DNA of 64,000 nt from the NCBI GenBank assembly GCA_016839515.1, contig JAEOUE010000108.1, forward strand, positions 2,004 to 66,003, in the 5' to 3' direction. Shown piece by piece: positions 1 to 9,837 of this stretch. This DNA comes from Candidatus Hodarchaeum mangrovi. Its GTDB lineage: Archaea; Asgardarchaeota; Heimdallarchaeia; Hodarchaeales; Hodarchaeaceae. The first letter of the stretch is position 1, and the number at the start of each line of letters is the position of its first letter. A program made the position numbers and the translations under genes. Under the pieces are notes generated by a model. It ran no database searches. It saw nothing but the letters and a program-made list of their open reading frames with translations, and had not been told where the DNA came from.

Positions 1-471
1 AGTACCAAATACTCCTCCTACACCAATTAATATATTGATATAAGCTATCGATTCACCTTTACGATTTTTTGGACTGTATTGGATCCAAAAAGCTATTATT
101 GAGCCAATTCTAATAGCAGTTCCGATACCAATTAATCCATTCATAAAAAATAATATAATTGGTTCAGTTATAATTGAAAGAACTAAAAAAGCCAAACCGG
201 AAATCCAATTTGAGGAGATTAAGAGGAATTTACGACCATAAATATCGCTTAAAGTGGCAAAAATTGGGCCAAGTAAAAACCAGAATAAGAAATATACACC
301 AATAATGAATCCACTTATCGTTAATAAATTTAATTCATCCAAATAGGCTGCTAATAAGAGTTGTTGGGCAGTAAAAATTGCTGTAACTATAATTTGGTAA
401 ATTCCAATAAGAATTAGAGCTGGTTTTAAGTAGAGGTCAAATAGTACCTCTTTCAAAGAAGAGATTTCCAT
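1..471 (-). CDS. MFS-family transporter, N-terminal portion (gene continues beyond window start)
   Basis: Own translation of minus strand from ATG 471-469: MEISSLKEVLFDLYLKPALILIGIYQ... Several hydrophobic spans and an MFS motif-A-like loop GPIFATLSDIYGRKFLL. Frame is open to position 1, so it is absent from the ORF track. Confidence 0.6.
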   Translation of the reverse strand, partial: MEISSLKEVLFDLYLKPALILIGIYQIIVTAIFTAQQLLLAAYLDELNLLTISGFIIGVYFLFWFLLGPIFATLSDIYGRKFLLISSNWISGLAFLVLSIITEPIILFFMNGLIGIGTAIRIGSIIAFWIQYSPKNRKGESIAYINILIGVGGVFGT

Positions 472-496
472 ATGTTTTGAATTATCCTTTAAATTA

Positions 497-1681
497 TTAA
501 ATTTCGTAGTAACTAGCAGCAGTACTTAATAATCGTGCTCCAGTATCCTCAATTGATATACTATCCTCAATTCCTAAAACAGTTTTATCTAAAACTATTA
601 TTTTTGGTTCACAGGCAAGGACATTTCCAACACAAAGATCTGGTCCTTTAGCGTAAAAAACTGGAAGCTCATCTAATTCCAAACCTATACCGTGACCTAA
701 AAAAACTGATTTGTCAGAATGGGTACCCATGAAGCAATCATATATCTTTAACTCTTTGCTAAGTTCCATAACCTCGAGAAAAAGATCTCCAAGGTTTTTC
801 ATTGGAGTTAGATTCTTCAAAATAAACTCTTTTACTTGTTCTAAAGCTATTAGCTGATTCAATGTTTCTTTGTCAAATTTACCACAGATAAAAGTTCTTG
901 TTGTATCTGAAATATATCCTTGCCAGTTTCCGCAAGTATCTACAAAAAAGGGTCTATTCCTTCCTATTTTTTGATTGCTTGGACCATAGGGGTATTTCAG
1001 GGTTAAACCATAACCCGAAATTGGTGTAAACTGTATATTAAGAGACGTAGAATGACTAGAAATGACATAAGAATAATTTAATAAAGCTGAATTCATAGCT
1101 CGTGTTGTAATGTAACCACCATGTCCATTGTTTAAGAGCCAGCTATCTAACTTTGAAGCTAACTCGATTTCACTCATATCAGGTTTTGCTATCTCACAAC
1201 AGTATAAAAAAGATTCATCTACCATCTTTGCTGCCTTTTTGATCATAAAGATTTCGTATTTAGATTTGATTGATCTTAATTCTCTGAATAACTGACTCCC
1301 ATCAAGAAATTGAATAGTTTGATTAATATCCCTTAGATATTTAACAAATGAATAAGAGAGATAATCTTCTTCAACCAAGATTATTGAGTTTTCAGGAATG
1401 TTTAGGGTATCAACTATTTTAGAAGTCCGCCCATAGGATCGAATATTAGATATTTGAGAGTATTTTTGCGCTAAGGCTACATTTCGCTTAACTAGATGGA
1501 TTGGTTCTCCTTCTATAGGAATAAATATTAAGCCATCAGCACCATATCCCGAATAATAATATGTTCCAGTAATTGAAAAAAGAAGAGCTCCATTCAAATT
1601 TTTTTGAATAAGGATTTTTTGCAATTTTTTTATACGATCGTTGATTTCTGCTCTTGGCAGTGATTTGTATAAATGACTCAA
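497..1681 (-). CDS. M24-family Xaa-Pro aminopeptidase/dipeptidase (prolidase-like)
   Basis: 394-aa ORF. Creatinase/prolidase-type N-domain plus pita-bread metal ligands in order: FFVDTCGNWQGYISDTTRTF (D,D), HGIGLELDE (H), ACEPK (E), GIEDSI (E). Confidence 0.8.
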   Translation of the reverse strand: MSHLYKSLPRAEINDRIKKLQKILIQKNLNGALLFSITGTYYYSGYGADGLIFIPIEGEPIHLVKRNVALAQKYSQISNIRSYGRTSKIVDTLNIPENSIILVEEDYLSYSFVKYLRDINQTIQFLDGSQLFRELRSIKSKYEIFMIKKAAKMVDESFLYCCEIAKPDMSEIELASKLDSWLLNNGHGGYITTRAMNSALLNYSYVISSHSTSLNIQFTPISGYGLTLKYPYGPSNQKIGRNRPFFVDTCGNWQGYISDTTRTFICGKFDKETLNQLIALEQVKEFILKNLTPMKNLGDLFLEVMELSKELKIYDCFMGTHSDKSVFLGHGIGLELDELPVFYAKGPDLCVGNVLACEPKIIVLDKTVLGIEDSISIEDTGARLLSTAASYYEI

Positions 1682-1723
1682 AAGTATCCCAACTTTAACA
1701 AAAAGAATTGATGGTTATAATGA

Positions 1724-2311
1724 TTAGAAGGAGTCTAATTCATCTAAAGCTTGTTTAACGCGGGAATCTAGGTCCGATTCTTTTTTCATTCCTTTGGCTA
1801 ATCCTTCAATATTTCTAATCATCTCTTCTTCTGCTGAAGTTAGTTGCATCAATTTTTGTTGATAAAGTGCTTTATACTTATCTCCCTTTTCCATATCTCC
1901 CACCTTATAATTTGCCTCAGAGATAATATAGAGTGCTGTAGTAAAGGCATTTGCATTATCGAGTATTTCATCTATTGATAAAGCTTGGGAAGCATGAGTT
2001 ATTGCCTCTATAAAGTTCTTGTTTTCTGTTTCAATCCAAGCTTTATTCATAAATGTCTCTACTAATCCCTGGTTATAATTTATTTTAGCAGCTAAGGTTC
2101 GAGCAAAATTAAATGACTTGGTAAAAGAAGCAGTATCGTTGTTTTGATAGTGTAAAAGTATTAATTGATTGTGAATATCAACAAGCTCTTGAACAGCATT
2201 ATTTTCAACTCCTATTTCATGAGCACGGTTGAGGAGTATTATTGCTTGGCTATAATCCTTTCTCTGCTTCAATGCTTTTGCTTTAAGAATGAGATCGCTT
2301 ATTTCTTGCAT
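1724..2311 (-). CDS. Helical-repeat (TPR-like) protein, function unknown
   Basis: 195-aa ORF, all-helical look with repeated A/Y/L-rich ~34-residue units. No catalytic motif seen. Confidence 0.5.
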   Translation of the reverse strand: MQEISDLILKAKALKQRKDYSQAIILLNRAHEIGVENNAVQELVDIHNQLILLHYQNNDTASFTKSFNFARTLAAKINYNQGLVETFMNKAWIETENKNFIEAITHASQALSIDEILDNANAFTTALYIISEANYKVGDMEKGDKYKALYQQKLMQLTSAEEEMIRNIEGLAKGMKKESDLDSRVKQALDELDSF

Positions 2312-2540
2312 AATAGCACTTCTTGTTAAGATTGAATAGAATATCTGGATGGAATAAATTAACTCAAGAACCTTAAGGTATTCTTTTAATTCATCGTCAT
2401 ATCAATAAATTAAACCTTTCTATTTTCCGGATATTTAGATAAAAATTTAATATATTCTTTGGAATCTTCTATTAAATCCGTATTATATCAATCATAATTC
2501 ATTATGTATAGGGTATAATCGTGCTACAGGAGATAAAAAA

Positions 2541-2792
2541 ATGTCCATCCCAAAAATAGGTCATGTTGAGCAGACCATTCTCGATATTATGGCACAGTTT
2601 CCAGATATACATGTGTTAAATATAATGGTTCAATTTAAAGATCTATATACAATTACTTCCCAGGATTTTAACAAAGATTTATTCGAGAGGGGGATGGAAA
2701 TATTAGAAAAACACAAATTTATTAAAAGAATCCCTTCAAATCCCGAAACTTTTACTTTAACGGCAAAAGGAAAAGAATATATAAATAGATAG
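2541..2792 (+). CDS. Small hypothetical protein, possible winged-helix fold
   Basis: 83-aa ORF with GGAG box (caggagataaaaaa ATG). C-terminal ...KHKFIKRIPSNPETFTLTAKGKEYI resembles a wHTH wing. Confidence 0.5.
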   Translation: MSIPKIGHVEQTILDIMAQFPDIHVLNIMVQFKDLYTITSQDFNKDLFERGMEILEKHKFIKRIPSNPETFTLTAKGKEYINR

Positions 2793-2793
2793 G

Positions 2794-4263
2794 TTATATT
2801 GAAGTTAAAATTTTCATATTTATAATTCCCTTAGCAAAAACCTGTGCGTTATAAAAAAATTGCCTAATGCCATAGCTTTCTAAGGAATATCTTAGTTCCC
2901 GAAATGAGTTCTGAAGAATTTTGCTTGGACGAAGGTAAAAACGTTTGTAAGCCCACTTAGTTAAAAGTTTCATTTCATTGCGGGAAATCCCAGAAATTTC
3001 TGCAATAGGAGAAAACAGGTTATATTTCGTATAATTATGTTCTTTAATTTTATTTTTAGTTCTCATTCTTCGATAAAATTCTGTTCCTGGATAAGGAGTA
3101 GCAAGCGTGAATAAAGCTAAAGAGGGGTCAAGACGTCTTGTGATCCATTCTACTGTATCAATTATGGTCTTTCGTGTTTCACCTGGAAAGCCAAATGAAA
3201 CAGATGCAAGAGAGTCTAATCTTGCTTTTTTAATATTATCAAAATAATTTTCTATTTGATTGAGGGTTGTTTTCTTATTTATATTATTCAATATTTTTTG
3301 ATTTCCAGATTCAACTCCCACAAATACAAGTCGACAACCTGCTTTTCTCATTAAATTTAGTAAGCTACGATCACCAACATCAGCTCGAGTAGTTGCTCCC
3401 CAATAAACATCCTGTATCTTAGAGAGCTCTTTTACTAAATTTAGTACTCGTTTTTTTGAAAGAAAAAACAAATCATCAACAAAAGCGACAGCTTTTAAAT
3501 TCATTACTTCACGAAGATAACGAATTTCCTCTGCGATTTTTTCTGGAGATCTTGGTCTCCATTTTGCATTATAAAAAGCTGATACACTACAAAAATCACA
3601 TGAATAAGGACAACCTCGGCTTGTTAAAACAGAGGTTGCTGGAAAAGAAGATCCAAAAATGCGATATTTATCCATTGGTAGTAAATGGCGTGCAGGTAAT
3701 GGTAAGGAATCTAAATCTTTGATGAAAGCAGCTGGTAAATTGTGAATTATTTTATTATTTGCACCTTTATATGATATTCCATGTATTAAATTCCATTCTT
3801 TACCTGATTCAATACATTTTATGAAATTTAATGTTGAGTATTCAGATTCCCCACGAAATATAATATCAACATTACCATTACTCAGCTCTAAACACTCCTC
3901 AGGCATTGCTGATGGATGATAGCCCCCAAGAGCGACATATGGAACATTTTCTTCTTTTGCTATCTTTGCTGCATTTAAAGCATCAAAAAATGTAGGAGTT
4001 AACGTTTGAATTCCTAAAAAGTCCGGTTGATATCGTTTAAGAATTCGTCGGTAGTTTTCTGAGGAAAGATTTAAAGCGTGTGAGTCAATTATTTTAAGTT
4101 TTGTAAAACCATTTTCTTCTAGGACAGCAGCAATATAACCAAGTCCAAGAGGTGGAGCTGTAAAGTTAAGGAAAGCTAGTTGATACTTTGAAGTAGATTC
4201 ATCTTGTAATGTGGGAGGAATAAGAAACAGAATCTTCACTGAAGTAACCATTGAGATCTTCAA
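2794..4263 (-). CDS. B12-binding-domain radical SAM protein
   Basis: 489 aa. CxxxCxxC cluster motif RGCPYSCDFCS preceded by a Rossmann-like N-domain typical of class B (cobalamin-binding) radical SAM enzymes. Confidence 0.75.
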   Translation of the reverse strand: MKISMVTSVKILFLIPPTLQDESTSKYQLAFLNFTAPPLGLGYIAAVLEENGFTKLKIIDSHALNLSSENYRRILKRYQPDFLGIQTLTPTFFDALNAAKIAKEENVPYVALGGYHPSAMPEECLELSNGNVDIIFRGESEYSTLNFIKCIESGKEWNLIHGISYKGANNKIIHNLPAAFIKDLDSLPLPARHLLPMDKYRIFGSSFPATSVLTSRGCPYSCDFCSVSAFYNAKWRPRSPEKIAEEIRYLREVMNLKAVAFVDDLFFLSKKRVLNLVKELSKIQDVYWGATTRADVGDRSLLNLMRKAGCRLVFVGVESGNQKILNNINKKTTLNQIENYFDNIKKARLDSLASVSFGFPGETRKTIIDTVEWITRRLDPSLALFTLATPYPGTEFYRRMRTKNKIKEHNYTKYNLFSPIAEISGISRNEMKLLTKWAYKRFYLRPSKILQNSFRELRYSLESYGIRQFFYNAQVFAKGIINMKILTSI

Positions 4264-4448
4264 TGTTTTTCTTAATAAATAAATTGTCTACATTGTTTAC
4301 ACTATCTCTGATTAACAATAGTGACATGATCTTTTTATTTTTTAAAGAAATCTACAACACTAAGAAAGATATTAATAACAATCATTGTTGGTGAGACAAA
4401 AACATAATAGAAGTACAAATCAGGTCCATTTACAACAGAAACCATATT

Positions 4449-4835
4449 TTGTGGCGGGATATTAGTATGTATGATGAAGCATTGACACATATGGGAATAT
4501 TTTTAGTTGCTGGCTTGGCAAGTCCAATAGTAATAAAATTAATACAATATTTACTTGCACCTAACATCCCTCGGTTAAGAAGGGCTTCAACTACCTATGA
4601 ATGTGGTGAAAAACCGATAGGAGAAGCTCAAGTTCATTATAATGTTCAATATTTTACCTTTGCTGTTGTTTTTGTGGTTTTTGATATTTTAACCGTACTA
4701 CTTGTATTATGGGCTTATGCATTTCAATTATTTGATCCTGTGGTTTCAGGATTGATCATCATGAGTGTTTTCGCTTTTACTTTATTATGTGGGCTTGTTT
4801 TTTGGATGAAAAAGGGAACTTTATCTTGGGTGTAA
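4449..4835 (+). CDS. nuoA: NADH:quinone oxidoreductase (complex I-like) subunit A
   Basis: Three TM spans and a YECGE loop. First gene of the nuo operon. True start may be ATG 4467 rather than TTG 4449. Confidence 0.85.
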   Translation: MWRDISMYDEALTHMGIFLVAGLASPIVIKLIQYLLAPNIPRLRRASTTYECGEKPIGEAQVHYNVQYFTFAVVFVVFDILTVLLVLWAYAFQLFDPVVSGLIIMSVFAFTLLCGLVFWMKKGTLSWV

Positions 4836-4838
4836 ATA

Positions 4839-5471
4839 ATGGCGAGTTTAGACGAGTTAAATCAACTAGGCGAACTTGAAATTTATGAACCGATGCCAAA
4901 TGTAGTTTTAGCTAATACAAGGAATTTTGTTGGAGTAATTATTAACTGGTTGAGAAATTGGGCACAAAGATGTAGTATCTATCCAGTTTATATAGGTATG
5001 AAATGTTGTGCTATTGAAATGGCAGCAACAATGGCTTCCCGATATGATACTGAACGAATTGGGGTATTAGCACGCGCAAGTCCAAGACATTGTGATGTTC
5101 TCTGGATAAATGGACCAGTCAGTATTAAATTCGCTTCTCGCTTACGTGATGTGTATGATCAAATGCCAGCACCAAAATGGGTTTTTGCTACTGGGGAGTG
5201 TGCTATAAGTGGAGGACCTTTTTGGCAATCTCCAACCATTTTAGAAGGCGCTGATCAAGTTATTCCTGTGGATATATTTGTTCCAGGATGTCCTCCACGT
5301 CCTGAAGCGATGTGGGCAGGAATTTTTAGACTTCAAGAAAAAATTAAAGCAGATGGTATTTTTGTTCCAGAACCACTATTACCTGAAGCTCGTGAATTTT
5401 ACGATCGTGATCCACCAATTTATGATTACAGAATAAAACTGAAGAAAGAATCGAAAGAGGAAGAGAAATGA
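4839..5471 (+). CDS. nuoB: Complex I subunit B (N2 Fe-S subunit)
   Basis: Cluster ligand motifs CCAIEM, GECAISGGPF, PGCPPRPE. Confidence 0.95.
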   Translation: MASLDELNQLGELEIYEPMPNVVLANTRNFVGVIINWLRNWAQRCSIYPVYIGMKCCAIEMAATMASRYDTERIGVLARASPRHCDVLWINGPVSIKFASRLRDVYDQMPAPKWVFATGECAISGGPFWQSPTILEGADQVIPVDIFVPGCPPRPEAMWAGIFRLQEKIKADGIFVPEPLLPEAREFYDRDPPIYDYRIKLKKESKEEEK

Positions 5472-5974
5472 ATTCAGAGTCACATCTACAAACTCTAAAA
5501 GATAATTATGGAACTAAATTGATACTATTAGAAAAATCTGACAACAATAGACTTAAGGTTCAAGTTAACCAAGATAATCTTCTGGAAGTAATGCAATTTC
5601 TCAAATATGAGATGGGATTTTCTTCTCTTGAATCAGTTACAGGATTGGATTGGGAGTCATATTTTGAAGTTGTATATCATATTGACCGTTGGGATGGTGA
5701 TCCCACTCTTCTTCAAGTTCATATCCGACTTGATAATCGGGAAAATCCTGTGGTTCCTTCACTAACTTCCATCTGGGCTTCAGCAAATTGGCATGAACGA
5801 GAACTCTGGGATTTATATGGTATTAATGTCAAAGATCATCCAAATTTAAAACGTTTACTCTTACCAGATGAATGGGACGATTTTGAGCATAAACATATAT
5901 CTGAGCTTTATCCTATGCGCAAGGAATACAAATTACCAGAGAAACCTTATTCTTTTAAACCACATCCCAAATAG
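5468..5974 (+). CDS. nuoC: Complex I subunit C (30 kDa)
   Basis: ANWHERELWDLYGI signature. ATGA start/stop overlap with nuoB. Confidence 0.9.
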   Translation: MNSESHLQTLKDNYGTKLILLEKSDNNRLKVQVNQDNLLEVMQFLKYEMGFSSLESVTGLDWESYFEVVYHIDRWDGDPTLLQVHIRLDNRENPVVPSLTSIWASANWHERELWDLYGINVKDHPNLKRLLLPDEWDDFEHKHISELYPMRKEYKLPEKPYSFKPHPK

Positions 5975-5988
5975 GAGAGAATTAATCA

Positions 5989-7077
5989 ATGTCTGAGCAA
6001 ATGTTTATACATCTTGGGCCTCAACATCCAGTTAATCATGGATTATGGTCTCTGAAGATTAAAAGTGAAGGAGAGCGAGTTGTAGATTCAGAGATTATGA
6101 TCGGATACATCTTCCGAATGATTGAGAAAATAGCAGAATCACGACCTTATGATAATTTTCAACCAATAGCTGATCGATTGTGTTATGTCTCTGCTATGTC
6201 ATGGGAGGCAAGCTATATTTTAGCAATCGAAAAATTACTGGGAATAGAGGTAAGTCGACGTGTTCAATACATGCGAGTAATTCTTCTTGAATTTCAAAGG
6301 ATTGCTTCTCATCTTACTTGGCTTTCTGCGTACGCTGGAGACCTTGGAGTTATAACAATGCTTGTTATTTCATATCGTGAGCGAGAATATATTCTCGACC
6401 TTCTGGAGCATGTAACCGGTGCAAGAATGATGTATAATTTTTTCCGTCCTGGTGGGTTAAAAAATGATTTTCCCCAAGGATTCATAGAAGATGCAACAGC
6501 TTTAACTTTCTATTTAGATGAGCGAATACGAGAATACAAAGCCATGTTAGATGATTCAAAAGTATTTATGCTTCGTAGTAAGAATGTAGGGATCTTAGGT
6601 AAAGAGGATGCATTGAATCTAGGAGCTACAGGCCCAGTACTACGTGCATCAGGTGTTCAAGCTGACTTAAGAAAGATTGAACCTTACTTAGTTTATGATG
6701 AACTTGATTTTAAAATACCAGTTCAGAAAGCTGGGGATTGCTATGCTCGATTTCAAATACGCATGGAGGAAATAATGCAATCTACACATATAATACGCCA
6801 AGCTTTGGCCGAATTGCCTTCTGAAGGAGAAATTGCTATAAAAGTTCCACGACAACTCCCGAAAGGAGATGTGTACTTTCGAACAGAAGATCCGCGTGGC
6901 GAAGCAGGTTTTTATGTTGTGGGAAATGATAATAGGATTCCTTATCGGGTGAAAATTAAATCACCTGCTTATTCAAACTTAAGTATTGGTTCCCACCTTT
7001 TACGAGGAGCCAAAATAGCAGATATACCTCCAATTATCGCGAGTCTAGATCTTTGTATGGGAGAAATTGATCGGTAG
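5989..7077 (+). CDS. nuoD: Complex I subunit D (49 kDa, quinone-binding)
   Basis: GPQHPVNHG, IGYIFRMIEK and C-terminal SLDLCMGEIDR. No NiFe-hydrogenase CxxC pairs. The His of the QHPxxHG loop and the Tyr in RLCYVSA are retained. Confidence 0.9.
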   Translation: MSEQMFIHLGPQHPVNHGLWSLKIKSEGERVVDSEIMIGYIFRMIEKIAESRPYDNFQPIADRLCYVSAMSWEASYILAIEKLLGIEVSRRVQYMRVILLEFQRIASHLTWLSAYAGDLGVITMLVISYREREYILDLLEHVTGARMMYNFFRPGGLKNDFPQGFIEDATALTFYLDERIREYKAMLDDSKVFMLRSKNVGILGKEDALNLGATGPVLRASGVQADLRKIEPYLVYDELDFKIPVQKAGDCYARFQIRMEEIMQSTHIIRQALAELPSEGEIAIKVPRQLPKGDVYFRTEDPRGEAGFYVVGNDNRIPYRVKIKSPAYSNLSIGSHLLRGAKIADIPPIIASLDLCMGEIDR

Positions 7078-7086
7078 GTGGATTAA

Positions 7087-8328
7087 ATGGGTTATGGTAT
7101 ATATGATGGAATAGCTGAGTTTCTTTTAAAAATAGCTAGTTTAATTTTATCACCTCTTGTAGTCTTTTTTGTGAATATAATAGGATTTATTCAAGATTTA
7201 ATCCCTATCTTTCACTTAGTTAATCCAGAAGATTTTCTACATTATGAAATTGAGTTTCAAGATTCTCTTAGATCAACATTAATTGATACTCTAGAAATGA
7301 CTACTATCCTCCTCTTTCTTATCGTGAATGCCATAATGTTGATTTGGTTCGAACGAAAACTAGTAGCACGAATGATGAACCGTCGCGGGCCAACTTTCAT
7401 TGATTTCAACTACGGGCATCTATTCGGAAGAACTTGGAAATTTGGTCTTCTTCAAAATATTGCTGAGTTCTTAAAATTCTTCTCTAAAGAGGATATTGTT
7501 CCTGAGAAAGCAGACAAATTTCCGTTTAACATTGGGTATTTTGCATTTATTGTTGTCCCACCATTCGTTCTTGGCGCTATCTTGCCATTAGGGGGAGATG
7601 CGGTTATTGCTGACCCCGAAGTGGGATTTTTATTAATTTTTGCGTTATTCTCTCTTGTTCCAGTTGGAGTTCTAATTACTGGATGGTCCTCAAACAATAA
7701 ATATTCATTAATTGGTGGATTTCGATCTGCAGCTCAAATGATCAGCTATGAGATTCCATTAATCTTTTCTGTTTGCTCTGTTGTTATTGTATCCCATTCG
7801 TTTTCATTGGTAGAGATTGCAGAAAAACAATCCTTCGGAAGTACACCATTTGGACTTCCCTATATGTTTTTGATCCCAATCGGATTTATTGTATTCATTG
7901 TTTCATTGGCAGCAGAGACTGAACGTATTCCGTTCGATATTCCTGAAGCAGAGGCTGAACTAGTTATGGGATGGAGAACCGAACTGACAGGATTCCGTTA
8001 TATGATGTCAATGGCAACAGAATATTTCATTCTATTGATAGGTGCGTTTATCGGTGTATCATTATTCTGGGGTGGATCCAACCTTCCTCTAATTTCCCCA
8101 GACTTTCTTATGAGCATTCCATTATTACCAAACATAATCTTCGTCGTGAAATTATGGCTTTTTATCTTTCTTTTTATCTGGGTTCGTGCAGCATTACCTA
8201 GGGTAAGAATTGATCAACTTTTAGATATAGGATGGAAAAGATTAATTCCTCTAGCCATTCTAAACATCTTCCTTGTTATATATTTATTTATAAATTATCC
8301 AGGACTTTTTGGAGTGATTAATGGATGA
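7087..8328 (+). CDS. nuoH: Complex I subunit H (ND1-like), with N-terminal extension and a loop insertion
   Basis: WFERKLVARMMNRRGP, LLQNIAEFLKFF, PFDIPEAEAELVMGW motifs. About 60 extra N-terminal residues compared with typical NuoH. Confidence 0.9.
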   Translation: MGYGIYDGIAEFLLKIASLILSPLVVFFVNIIGFIQDLIPIFHLVNPEDFLHYEIEFQDSLRSTLIDTLEMTTILLFLIVNAIMLIWFERKLVARMMNRRGPTFIDFNYGHLFGRTWKFGLLQNIAEFLKFFSKEDIVPEKADKFPFNIGYFAFIVVPPFVLGAILPLGGDAVIADPEVGFLLIFALFSLVPVGVLITGWSSNNKYSLIGGFRSAAQMISYEIPLIFSVCSVVIVSHSFSLVEIAEKQSFGSTPFGLPYMFLIPIGFIVFIVSLAAETERIPFDIPEAEAELVMGWRTELTGFRYMMSMATEYFILLIGAFIGVSLFWGGSNLPLISPDFLMSIPLLPNIIFVVKLWLFIFLFIWVRAALPRVRIDQLLDIGWKRLIPLAILNIFLVIYLFINYPGLFGVING

Positions 8329-8954
8329 ATTTTAAGTTAATTCCAAATTTTCTAGTCACAAGGCCTTTAGCATATGTTGGAAGGTTACTCATAAAAAAAC
8401 CGATCACAATACCTGATGGTGATCGAAGGAACAAAAACACTATATACTATCCTAAAAGCCTTGCAAAAAAACAAGAAACAATTTTAGATCGTGATCTGAC
8501 ACTTTCTGATGTATTCAAGCATACACCACATTTAACTCCAAATGCTCGTGGACTAATTGGACTAAATGCAATAAATTGTACTGGTTGTCAAGCTTGTTAC
8601 CGAATATGTCCTAATAAATGCATAGAAATGGTTGAAGTCAGTCCACCACCACCTCATTGGGTAGAAAAGCAGAAAGATAAGGAGAAAATACGTCCACTAT
8701 TACACCCTCAAATTTTCATTGGTCGATGTCTTTATTGTGGTTTTTGTGTGGAATCATGCAAGTTTGATGCCTTATATCATACCCCTGGGTTTGATGCTGC
8801 AACTAATTCAAAAGAAGATCTTCACCATAACTATCGTGATCTCTATAAGATTTATCAACTATATTTTCCACAAGAATATGAAAAACAATGGAAAGAGTAT
8901 GAGAAAAAATATAGCAAAAGCTTATACCAAGAAGATGAAGCAAAGGAGGAATAA
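8325..8954 (+). CDS. nuoI: Complex I subunit I (2x[4Fe-4S] ferredoxin-type), with extended N- and C-termini
   Basis: CTGCQACYRICP and CLYCGFCVESCK motifs. ATGA overlap with nuoH. Confidence 0.9.
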   Translation: MNFKLIPNFLVTRPLAYVGRLLIKKPITIPDGDRRNKNTIYYPKSLAKKQETILDRDLTLSDVFKHTPHLTPNARGLIGLNAINCTGCQACYRICPNKCIEMVEVSPPPPHWVEKQKDKEKIRPLLHPQIFIGRCLYCGFCVESCKFDALYHTPGFDAATNSKEDLHHNYRDLYKIYQLYFPQEYEKQWKEYEKKYSKSLYQEDEAKEE

Positions 8955-8956
8955 AT

Positions 8957-9517
8957 ATGGCATATCTATTTCCACCAGAGTTATTTGAGACTTTGGATTT
9001 TGTATTTTTTCTTATTTTAATAGTTTATACCACTGGTTCTGCTTATTTAGCAGTTTCGGTTAAAAGCATATATCATGCAGTTTTATGGTTAATATTTACG
9101 CTTTTAGGGATAGGTATGATCTTTCTACTTTACGCAGAGTCCGCAATATTATTGGTTGTTCAACTAATTGTCTATGCAGGTGGGATTGCTGTTCTTATGC
9201 TGTTTGCAATCTCTCTTTCTGGAAAAGAGGCTATGTTTGAAAAGAGAAAAGATATAAAGTTATTAGACTGGCGATTAAGTTTCGCTGGTGCTTTTATTTT
9301 ATTTACTATAGTAATTTACCTATTAGGACAGGTTACAGGGTTGTTCTGGCGGAATAAGAGCATAGGAATGAAGCCAACAGAAGCAGAATTAATAGAAAAT
9401 TTCGTAATAGAGCTTTTCACTACATATGGAGGAACGATTATACTCCTAGGTTTTCTCCTATTAGCTGCAATGTTAGGTAGTGTTTACTTAGTTAAAAAAG
9501 AGGTTGAGAATTTATGA
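8957..9517 (+). CDS. nuoJ: Complex I subunit J
   Basis: 186-aa polytopic protein in the canonical operon position. GGAGG box 7 nt upstream. Confidence 0.8.
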   Translation: MAYLFPPELFETLDFVFFLILIVYTTGSAYLAVSVKSIYHAVLWLIFTLLGIGMIFLLYAESAILLVVQLIVYAGGIAVLMLFAISLSGKEAMFEKRKDIKLLDWRLSFAGAFILFTIVIYLLGQVTGLFWRNKSIGMKPTEAELIENFVIELFTTYGGTIILLGFLLLAAMLGSVYLVKKEVENL

Positions 9518-9825
9518 ACCTAGATGCTTCAGTTTTTGTTGGAATAGCATTAATTTTATTCTTAATAGGATTTGCAGGATTCATAAAATCCCAGTCGGCT
9601 GTTCGAATGTTAATTGCTATCGAACTAATGATTAATTCTGCAAATATAAATTTTGCAATTTTTGCTTTATATAATGATTCAACTTTCGTTCTAGGACATG
9701 TTGCAGTTATAATTAGTATTGCTTTGGCGGCTGCTGAAGCTGCGGTTGGGCTTGGTATCATTCTTTCGGTATATAGAAATCATGGAACCGTTGATGCTAC
9801 AGATTTTGTTGAGTTTAAAGGTTAA
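9514..9825 (+). CDS. nuoK: Complex I subunit K
   Basis: 103 aa, three TM spans, conserved membrane Glu (LMINSANINF..., LAAAEAAVGLGI). Overlaps nuoJ by 4 nt. Confidence 0.85.
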   Translation: MNLDASVFVGIALILFLIGFAGFIKSQSAVRMLIAIELMINSANINFAIFALYNDSTFVLGHVAVIISIALAAAEAAVGLGIILSVYRNHGTVDATDFVEFKG

Positions 9826-9837
9826 GGTGACATAAAA

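Noticed and set aside
3456-3722. Other short antisense track ORFs (3456-3722, 18258-18461, 18558-18776, 20969-21157, 27245-27542, 31873-32109, 33704-33904, 36830-37042, 39015-39221, 40474-40671, 49523-49720, 52565-52783, 58926-59237, 60096-60281, 61778-61999)
   Set aside because: Each is fully contained within a longer ORF that has family-specific motifs. None has independent support.
5989-7077. Whether the operon is an Mbh/Ech-type membrane hydrogenase rather than complex I
   Set aside because: The NuoD homologue lacks both NiFe-binding CxxC pairs. Three antiporter-like subunits (L, M, N) plus A, J and K are present, which is the Nuo/Fpo architecture.
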